From Neodothiora populina (lineage: Eukaryota): DNA of 64,000 nt. The number at the start of each line of letters is the position of its first letter. The stretch's first letter is position 1. The stretch spans positions 434,001 to 498,000 of the forward strand of contig NW_027191409.1 in assembly GCF_041146345.1 (NCBI RefSeq), given 5' to 3'. Under the pieces are notes generated by a model. It was given only the letters and a program-made list of their open reading frames with translations. It did not search any database and was not told the DNA's origin. A program made the position numbers and the translations under genes. This document shows, piece after piece, positions 27,300 to 36,867 of this stretch.

Positions 27300-29060
27300 T
27301 GTTCTTTACCATACTCTCTTTTCTCCTCTCGAGGGCTTGGAGGGCGAAAGCCACGCTGCCCAGCTCGTGGACAGCATAGGACTCGACTTACTTTTGCAAC
27401 TCACCGCGATATTCTGGGAGTATGGCAAGTTCCCGGTCCGCAGTGTATGCGGAACCCTAAAGTTTTCCCATCTCCGGAAGCAGGAAAATGTACAAGGATG
27501 ATAAACATCAGATGTTCTTGTGGGAAGCTCGCCCCTCATCATCAAATATTCCCTTGGTTTCACCGTGTTTTCTCGGTGGATGAGAGTGGTTCTCCGCTTC
27601 GTTCGAGATCGACGGTCGGGGTGAAACCCATGAGGGAGATCCAATGATGCGAATCACAGAATGCACTGACGCTCGATTCGCGTAGGTTTCGTCTCTGCGC
27701 GCTCTCTGCGCGCTGGAATATCTGTTTGGAGTGGTGGCGGGTCGGGAATAACCCCCTCACAACGGGAGAAGGCTGATTCTAGCCCGGTAGATGGAACATG
27801 TACCGCTGTAGCAGCAGCCACGCGGGCGTGAGGACTAGAACCACTGACCCAAACACCTCCTGTGCATGTCTTCGCTTTGCAAATGCAGATATTTGGTTTT
27901 GGGCCCATGTCGCGTATCGTCTTGATGTGACGCGCAACAAGAACAAACTCTCCACAGATCGTGTTTCATCAAGGAAAAGCTTTCGCTCTGATCTTCGAAT
28001 GATGATATCCCGCGGGAGCTGGACGATTAGTTTTGCTTCCTCTCTGGTTCGAAACCCTAGCTTCGTTCAGTATGGCCAACGTGATGCATCTGTCTTGTCT
28101 GTCTTGGTACACTCCAGGACTGGCGCGGTGGAGCCAGTGGGTCGCATGGACTGGATAAATCACTATTCGGGAATATACACGTAAGACAGAATTTGGAATC
28201 GCATGGATGGATTGAGTAAGGTTCCAGAGAAAGTGTGAGTGTGGAGAACAAGCGCAAGTTCTCTTTAAGTACACTTCCGCGTGAGATGCAATGGAAGCTT
28301 GCCGAACATGTGCAACTGGCCTTTCCAGAAAGTCTCCAAACCTCGACGAGTCATTGACCAGAACGCCGGAGTAAGCGGTTTTTGACGGGCTTGCGCTGTT
28401 GCTAAGGTGTGCAAGCCATGAAAGTAGGAAGGAGATGAATGAAGAAGCACCGAGGCATGTGGAAGAAAAGAAAACACCATAGAGATAAGCTCATTTGGCG
28501 AGGGTCTTGCTTCTCGCATTCTCCCTCTTCGGCGATGCCGTTGCCGGCAGGGCTATCAATTGACTAATAATCCCTTTCGTAGAATGATCACAGCATCGTC
28601 GTAATGTAATTTCAGTCACGCTGCCGGACGATCATGACCAAGTACCGTTAAATAACCCCTTTTGCTGTACTTGACGCGACTTTTGTACAGGATAAGGTAC
28701 AGCCAGATGAGAAGGATATGTAATCGTGCTGCCAGCCTCCAATCTCTAAAGTTTACGACTTATTTAAGCCATTGTGCAGGGGCCAGTATATGGTTGCTCG
28801 AGGTGTGATTATTATGATGGGCCACACCAGTGATCCGGCAGTCAGGCGTCACTAGAGACATAGCAGAGTACAGTAGCCACGGCTGGATGCGTAATGAAAA
28901 TCGCACAGAAACTTCCGACATCATGCATCTCATGACCCGAAACACATCGTCAAAGAGAGATATAGACCTCCTCAATCTATCAAACGCAAAACTTCGCGAG
29001 AGTTCATCAATGCATCTAGGTCTCTGAGCATCTGCCCATCGACGAAGTTTCGGTTGCTTG

Positions 29061-29097
<37 letters not shown>

Positions 29098-29525
29098 AAT
29101 CTAGTCGTGGAGTAGGATGTTGCGGAGATTGTCTTTGCGGTAAGTACTGACAATGGAAAGGCCGAAGGCTCAACGATACAAGTAGCGAGCATCGTGATGA
29201 AACGACTAGAACACCTGTAGAATATCTTAATTCGTGGCCTCGACTCCACAGCTTCGGTGGAAATGTCCTTGTCCTTCTCAGGGGCCTGCCGAGGAATGCG
29301 AGGCCTTGTGAAAGCCTTGCAGGACATAACGGGATTTATCACTTTCAAGCGGAGAACAACGCTCTTGACTCGAAATTGCTGCCGCTGCGGGTGATTATCC
29401 TCGATCATACGGTGTGATGAGAGAGATTACCACATTTTAGTGATGATGTTCTTGTGGTACAACAAGGCGCTATGGGTTGGCGTAATCAGCGTCCTGTGCT
29501 CGATTCATGCGTCGATAGCATTTTG
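27300..29525 (+). ncRNA. Candidate telomerase RNA (TER); ends approximate
   Basis: No credible ORF. Template-like AACCCTAA at 27453-27460 sits immediately 3' of hairpin TCCGCA/TGCGGA. Many 6-9 bp helices, nested long-range pairing between 27337-27403 and 28708-28742, and a possible Sm site ATTTTG at 29520-29525. See findings. Confidence 0.6.
29061..29096. repeat. (CCTG)9 microsatellite
   Basis: Directly visible tetranucleotide run, inside the candidate TER. Confidence 0.95.
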
Positions 29526-30970
29526 GTGCGATGCCAAAGTACAGTACAGTACAATAAGCGATTGCGGGAAGTCAAATCACCATATCGTGGTCAAGACGGT
29601 TGAACACCCAATATACGAGCTAGCTCTGAATTGCTTCTCCACAGCTCGTGGTGCGTACCGAGTCACATGCGGCAGATGGATAGAAAGTGATCTTGGCCTA
29701 CGTCCATCGGAACGGGACCCTTACTGTAGCGCGAGCGCTGGAACATGAGGACAGAAGATAAGGGCACATTGCAGCAGCAGCAAGAGCAGCAGCTCGAGCT
29801 TTAGAGCCGAACGTAGGCAAGTAAGAAGATACTTTCACGAATAGCAGAATAGCAAACCAGTGTCTGGTCGATACAGCAGTGCAGGTATTTGTAGGCTCGT
29901 TCTCGAGACAGGATAGGGTCAAGGTGGACAGACAACACGGCGGTACCTGTACGTACCGAAAGGTAGGTACTTGTACTTTACCACTGCTATCGCAGCCACA
30001 GTATAGTTCCCCTCCGGTAGCTTGATCGATCAATCAAACATGAGCAGTAGTAGCATTGCTTTCCACCAGGTACAAGTCAGCGAGCAGTACAGGTACAGTA
30101 CTACTACTAGTTGTACAGCTGTTGGACAAGTCGTAGCGAGGGAGATGTTGATCACAGGGGAAAGAGCAATCGGCACAGGCACGCGTAAATACGCGAGGAG
30201 GCAAGGGCCATATTGGGACCTTAGAACAGCAGGAAAGGAGAAAAGGCGCGAGATTTCTCCAGATTGCATGGTTGGGTGCTGAGGTGCTTGTCTGACCCTG
30301 GCTCGCCCTGACTGTATGTCGCGCCGCCCATTATTGCCCTAGACACCCTAGACACCCTAGACATGGCATGGCTGTAGCCCTGCGTAGCGTAGTCTACAAG
30401 CAGTGTAGATTCTTGACTCGCTCGACTCGTTACCTGCCACAAGCTTTTGAGTTCGTCAAGTACGGGCCTTCTTCTTTCCAACTCCATCCCATCTGTGGTT
30501 CTGCGCCTCGCCCTGCCTGTCTCTGTCTACCTGCACCTGCCTGTTACCTGCTACCTCAATACCTCATCCTGCCGAATCCAGTTCCTTTTATTTTTGAGTC
30601 AACCCAGATTCAGCCATTGGGCACGCCTGATCCCATCTATACCTCTCCGCCATCTCCAATAATAGTTCGCTCCTTTACGGCTTTCATTCAGAGGTCTTAC
30701 CACAGCTGTTCCCTGCTGCTCTCGACTCCGTGTCGCTTTGCTTCATCTTCTACGACGATCGCCAGGACCAGCCAACCGTTTCTCGCGCTATCGCCGCTTC
30801 CGCCCCTCTCTCCCTCTCCACAACGGTCTTCGCGACCTCGAGCAACAACAAAATCCATCTGGTTTCTTTCCTTCCCTGAATCAACACTTTTGTCTCTTGG
30901 GTGTTGTTTACATCGTCTCTCAACCCATCAAATCCATCCGCGACCGTTGGTCCCGGTATCATAAGCCGTG

Positions 30971-31807
30971 ATGGCCTCAAAGGTAAGTGCTAATCTCGAT
31001 TGCAGCAATCGCCCATCGTTCCACAACATGCTCAAGCTCATTAATCATCTAGTTTCTTCGCGAGTACAAATTAGTGGTAGTAGGTGGAGGTGGTGTCGGA
31101 AAGTCGTGTTTGACCATCCAGCTCATTCAGAGCCATTTCGTCGATGAATATGATCCAACCATCGAAGGTCCGTTCGATTCTTTGAATCGCTGAATCTCTG
31201 ACAGTTGCGTTTTGTGCTGACCATGTCGACGACACAGATTCGTATCGCAAACAGTGTGTCATCGACGATGAAGTCGCTCTTCTAGACGTCTTGGATACCG
31301 CTGGCCAGGAAGAATACTCGGCGATGAGAGAACAGTACATGCGCACTGGCGAAGGCTTCCTGCTCGTCTATTCCATCACATCTCAACAATCTTTCGAGGA
31401 GATCAAGACTTTCCAACAACAAATACTGCGAGTGAAAGACAAGGACTACTTCCCTATGATCGTAGTAGGCAACAAGTGCGATTTGGACGGCGAGCGAGAA
31501 GTCTCCACAGAAGGTATGCACATCGTCCTGCAATTCCACCCGGCCCCCCTATTAGAAGCTAATCCCTGTACCTACAGCCGGCAGAGAGCTTGCCCGAAGC
31601 TTCGGCTGCAAATTCATCGAGACATCAGCAAAATCCCGAATCAACGTCGAAAACGCATTCTACGACATTGTTCGCGAGATCCGCAAATACAACCGTGACA
31701 TTGTCGGCGGCACTGGCGGTGCGCGAGCAAATGGTGGGCCCGCCGAGAAGATGGACATGCAAGACGGAGACGACGACGCCGGTTGCTGCAAATGCACCGT
31801 CATGTAA
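30971..31807 (+). CDS. RAS1: Ras small GTPase (RasA/Ras1 type, 210 aa); exons 30971-30982, 31053-31167, 31238-31513, 31578-31807
   Basis: [22 protein letters not shown], effector loop [26 protein letters not shown], and C-terminal GCCKCTVM (palmitoylation Cys plus CAAX). Confidence 0.97.
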
Positions 31808-32580
31808 GCCATGATCGGTCCACCATGATCGCCCTCTATGGGATATTTCTGGAACAGACTCCACTCGAATCGCCCTTCCACTGGGTCGCAAGCGATCCGT
31901 CAGCCTGACGCTATCGGATCTTTTCCTTTTCGCTCACCTCTTCTTCTCTACCTCCACAACTACTTCTACTACTCTTTGCCTTTTGTGTTTTTTCTAGCAT
32001 CAATTCCCCCGAATCGTTCAATCTTTCTATTTTTCAGATCTATGTTGTTTAGTATTGGTGGCAACCGGTCGGCAGGCTAGCAGGCTTGCGCGCAGGGAAG
32101 AGTGCGCGGTCAGAGGTACACTGGGACGGGCTAGCAATGGGTCGTGACGTGGTGATCCTCAGCCACAGGGAGAACAAAAAAAGTGGGACGACACGCTTAA
32201 TACTTTCAGCTTTCTTCGTCCTTGCATAATGGACACGGGAGGCACAAGCAGCAAAGGGGCATGGACACAGCTTACTTACCGGCTGTCAGCTGCACTGCCA
32301 TATACCTCGCAAGAGCATAGTCGGCAGAAGACAGCAGCTCTGCGCAGACGATCGGCGTCGGATGGCAATCGATTTTCTATATGATCATAAACGTTTTCCA
32401 ATTGTAGGCGACATTGCCGTGTCCGCTGCTTTTAAAACACTCCAATCGCTCAAGATGGACCAAGTCCAGATAGTCTCCTGGGTCATCCGACCTAATCGTG
32501 TTGGCTCAGTCCCGAACGGAGATAATCGTCGCATGGGTCTGTACATAGTATGCAACTGCATCCAAGACTTGGAAACTTGC

Positions 32581-33233
32581 TTAGTCTTCCCCTTTGAGCT
32601 TGTCCTCGATCTCATCCAAATCCTCCGCTTCTTGTATCTCGATGATCTTGTTGACCTCGGCCGTGTTGCGCATAAGTTCCTTGGCTCCAGCATACAACAT
32701 CTTGAGTTCCGAGTTGCTCGTCACCGGCAGATAGTAAAGCATGACATACGGAACGGAAAGACGACCCGAGTCCTGCAAAGGCCGATTAGTCCATATCATC
32801 GGACACGGAGGTATGATGACACATCACTGACCATAGTCAAGGGGTAGGAAAGCAAGATGAACCGTGGAGAGTGGTCTGGCAGTTCCTCGCCCAGGGTCGA
32901 CATGTCGGTATACACTTCATCGTCGGCCTTGCTGATCTCGAGAGATTTCTTGTCGATTTGGTCTGCCACGTGCGACGCTCTTAGTGAGAAAGTGCTCCAT
33001 CGCTTCTAGTATCGTGCGCTGCGCAGCATCATCATCATCGAGGCAAGGAAACCGAATGCATACATATCACCGCCTGGGGATCTTTGGCTCTTGAAGTGCC
33101 CAAACGGAACTTGCGAAGTGCTGTCTTGGTCTCCGGCGAGAAGGAGTAGAGTCGTGATTCCGATGCCTAGGTAGTCTCACGTCTTAGTGTTCGCCAGAGG
33201 ACGTATCGATACTGCATCTGCGTGACATACCAT
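32581..33233 (-). CDS. AIM7: Glia maturation factor / Aim7 (ADF-H domain, Arp2/3 regulator), 142 aa; exons 33233-33231, 33166-33064, 32962-32832, 32772-32581
   Basis: Spliced product M-ASESRLYSFSPETKTALRKFRLGTSRAKDPQAVIY-QIDKK..ELPDHSPRFILLSYPLTM-DSGRLSVPYVMLYYLP..KMLYAGAKE. Three canonical introns give a 429-nt frame. Confidence 0.9.
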
Positions 33234-33859
33234 TATTCATATGTTGTGATTCGAGGAAGTGTGTATCACAGGCTATATTGGTAGCTCATTCAATCGGTCA
33301 GTACCTAGGATTCTTATATCGCCCACCGAACCACCCCACCTCCCGACACTCTACAGCCATGACCACATCGCACTCCGCTGTCGTGACCCTGGCTTGCCAA
33401 GCGTCGTTTCGTCTTCATCTCTGGCTCGTCTTCCAATACATCATTCCTTGTGTGCCACAAGTGAAAAGCCATCCGGGCATTGCTTTGTTTGCCTCCAATC
33501 TCCCAAGGGAAGGCAACCTATCTCTGGAACAGCGACGTGGTTCTGTGTCACATCATTCACTATCACATCCATTCAAAGTTTGCATTCAGTCTTGCTCATG
33601 TTACAGTAATACCTACAGGTAGGTAGTAGGTTGCCATGGGTCCCTCTGTGAAAAGGTATAGGCCTGAGCCACGATAAGTGCATCCCAAGTGGCAGGTACG
33701 ACTCTGCATCATAAGTTGGGATAGCCTACGCAAATAACACGGCATTTCACTAGATAAGATACTCTAGATAAGTTGTAAACTGTCCATCTCTTTTTCCACA
33801 CAACACATTACCACGTCTGCCACATTAATCTGAACATCACTCAACCTGCACTGGACAAC

Positions 33860-34909
33860 ATGAACGGGACTCCGATATGTGTCGTGAAGGTCCTCGATAG
33901 ACAGAAGATGTGGAGATGGATCGCGGATGATTACATCCATGATCCTGGGCGCGAACAACATTCCTATACTGGCATTGTCTTCCATATGCACGAATCTATC
34001 TACCATGCGACCATTCCTGCAGGCAATTTCGATCCCTTTCCCTTTAAGAACGATCGCGGCCCAATCAATGTTCAATGGATGGCATACCTGACACATAATC
34101 GAGACAACTATGCTCCTGGAAGTCTAGAGATCAGATATGACGACCTGCCTCAAGTGGTCCGTATCGAGGAATCACAGTACAAGCCCTTAGCACCGCCACG
34201 AATGAGCATCTTCCGCTCATCCATGTCAAACGTGCACCATCATATAAAGCGTCCACGTTTGGTCTACTATCGCTCTGGCGATCCGCCCAATCAAATCGCC
34301 GAGAACTTCCTGGCTGAGGCGCTTATATGTCAGAAGGTCAAAGACAACCCGCACCCTAATCTTGCACGATTTCTGGGTGCCATGGTGGACGAACATGGCC
34401 GACTGACTGGATTGTGCTTTACATATTACGCCGAGAGCCTGCTGAGTCGGTTCGGCCGGAGCGATGACGAGGACAATTCCATCAGGGTTCCTTCTGATAT
34501 AATGATGAGGCGAATCCTTGACCAGTTGGGTAGAGCGTTGAATCATCTCGAGAGTATGGGCTTTATACATGCCTCTATTGCGCCCTCGAAAGTCATGCTC
34601 GACGTCCCACCCGGCCACACTAGAGATCCAGCAGTACTGTTTTCCCTACCTGAGGAAGTCAGAGTTGGTCGCATCGAAGGCGAGGTGATCAAGCTGGGGG
34701 GCTTCGATTCGGTCAAATACGCTAATACTGTGTTGAGAGAATGCGAGATACACCGTCCAACAGGTTGGTACGATATTCCACTCCCTGAGGATGGGCCTCC
34801 TGAGGCACATGAAGAGCTTCATGAAAGGAGCATGGAGAGCATCGAAAGATGGCTGTATGGGAGTAGTCATGTGGAAGGCTCGATGTTCACAGACATGGAT
34901 TTAACGTAG
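33860..34909 (+). CDS. Divergent protein-kinase-fold protein, probable pseudokinase
   Basis: Intronless 349-aa ORF with HIKRP, AEALIC, PHPNLARFLG, GRLTGLCF, ALNHLESMGFIH. Catalytic loop reads HASIAPSKV and the DFG equivalent reads GGFDS. Confidence 0.7.
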   Translation: MNGTPICVVKVLDRQKMWRWIADDYIHDPGREQHSYTGIVFHMHESIYHATIPAGNFDPFPFKNDRGPINVQWMAYLTHNRDNYAPGSLEIRYDDLPQVVRIEESQYKPLAPPRMSIFRSSMSNVHHHIKRPRLVYYRSGDPPNQIAENFLAEALICQKVKDNPHPNLARFLGAMVDEHGRLTGLCFTYYAESLLSRFGRSDDEDNSIRVPSDIMMRRILDQLGRALNHLESMGFIHASIAPSKVMLDVPPGHTRDPAVLFSLPEEVRVGRIEGEVIKLGGFDSVKYANTVLRECEIHRPTGWYDIPLPEDGPPEAHEELHERSMESIERWLYGSSHVEGSMFTDMDLT

Positions 34910-35276
34910 CTCGGCTGTGAGAAATCAACAGGCACAGGCGGTCGCAACATACAAATTGTCATGATCATGTATGCATTGCTTGTCATGGGATGCATCGGAC
35001 AGACATCTTGCCCAGTGTATTTTTGTATCGAGGACAGGCTCAACTCAAGAACGAATTTATTTATCTTTCCGTAGTCGTTTCAAGCATGCAGCAGGGGTAC
35101 CATCAGCAACGCCAATTAAGTTCTCGATCCGCGACGCCATCACCATTCTCCCCATAAATCGATGACGTTCCCGATGCCCGCGAACCCCAAAGTATCAAGA
35201 TATCTCGAATATAATTCGGATGAACGGTTGACTTCTCTTACCATATTCTACAATTCCTGCCTCTAACAAAGCACAT

Positions 35277-36683
35277 ATGTTCGCTCGTCTGAACCAAGTC
35301 GTGCGTCACCTGAGTCGTCCAATACCCAACTATCTGCATCAATCTGCGTTCTCTCCTGCGAAATCTAGTATCGTCGGGTTCAGCATGGCAGACACAAGCG
35401 GAAAGCGCACCATAAACACTGCGGGATGCATCATCATTGGTGATGAAGTGCTCGGTGGAAAGGTCAGAACCAAAATTTCTTCTTTTGTTCCCGGGACTCC
35501 TCTCTCTTAGCAAATGGATTTTATCAATCGTGTTGCCTGAATATGCGCAAGGCCTAGATGCTTGTCTGCTGGTGGCTTTCATACTGCGAGAGTATTATCC
35601 GAAGTATCCACATAAATGCGTGTATACTGCTCGAAATGTGGCCACGTTCCTAGTCTTAGGAACTGGAGTGTGATACGAGAGGGGATGAGTGTCATAGAAG
35701 CAGCGCCTTCTTGGTGATTGACACATACTACAAAGACTCACGACACACTCCCATACCATAGCATCAAGGCCATTTTGTTCAATCACATGTCCAGTAACTA
35801 ACGTGAAACCCAAACATGAAAAACAGACCGTCGACACAAACAGTGCATACCTAGCGAAATTCTGCTTCTCGCTAGGCATAAACCTCAAGCGAATCGAAGT
35901 CATCGCAGACGACAAGTCCGAGATCATCGAAGCCGTACGCCGCATGTCGAGCAACTACGACTTCGTAGTCACATCAGGCGGCATCGGGCCCACGCACGAC
36001 GACATCACCTACTCGTCCATCGCGGCGGCGTTCGACCTCCCGCTCGTCGAGCACGAGCCGACGTTCACGCGCATGAAGAAGCTCTCCAAGCCGCATGCCT
36101 CTCAGCCCAACTTCAGCTACGATGTGCTCTCGCCCGCGCTCGAGGCCAAGAAGCGAATGGTCATCTTGCCGTATGACGAGAGCGTGCCGGACGAGGACCA
36201 GGTCGTCTTCACCGCGCCGGATCTCTGGGTCCCCGTTGCTGTCGTCAATGGGAACGTGCACATCTTGCCTGGCATTCCGAGACTCTTTGAGCGTATGCTC
36301 GAGGGTCTCAAGCCGAGGATCCTGCCGCGCTTGACTGATCCTGACGGCAAGGGGGTTTATCGAGTCTTGATCTCTACTCCGCTGCCTGAGAGTGCAGTGG
36401 CTGGCTATCTGACTGAGCTGGCCAGCAAAGTAGAGTCTGAAGGTGTGAAGGTGGGCAGGTAAGTCAAACAGACCAATGTTTTTGACCTTGCTGTTGTCCC
36501 CTTGAAGCTAACGGATGGCAAAGTTACCCTCGATGGGGCAAGAGCAGAAATACAGTCACTCTGGTTGGCAGAAACCAAGAATACATAGACAGCTTGATCC
36601 CAGAAGTCGAAAAGGGCGTCGAAGGCCGGAGGGTGTCGAAGGAAGACGAAGCCGACGATGACAGCACAGTCGCGGGTTCGTAG
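35277..36683 (+). CDS. Molybdopterin-binding (MoCF_biosynth/CinA-like) domain protein, ~325 aa; exons 35277-35462, 35827-36458, 36524-36683
   Basis: IIIGDEVLGGK|TVDTNSAYLA, VVTSGGIGPTHDDIT, VHILPGIPRLF, VKVGS|YPRWG. Intron 1 is 35463-35826 (364 nt); intron 2 is 36459-36523 with an AAG acceptor. Confidence 0.88.
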
Positions 36684-36867
36684 GTCTTGTGTATACAAAA
36701 TCTACTTGTTGTTCTTGTACTTTCTCGTTCATGCAGTGATACAGCCTTCTCCCTCATCGGTTACTATAGTAGATTTCTCGGTAACAATTCGATTTCAGTA
36801 GAAGTGGTGTTGCGATTATTTGTATAGTAATTGTGCGTGTGATGATCTTCTCTGATGCCCGCGTTGA

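Noticed and set aside
28052..28060. Other telomere-like words (AAACCCTAG 28052, TAACCCC 27749 and 28653) as alternative templates
   Set aside because: They do not give a full TTAGGG permutation with realignment overlap; 27453-27460 fits better.
30337..30363. (CCCTAGACA)3 tandem upstream of RAS
   Set aside because: Short slippage-type repeat; not telomeric and no supporting context.
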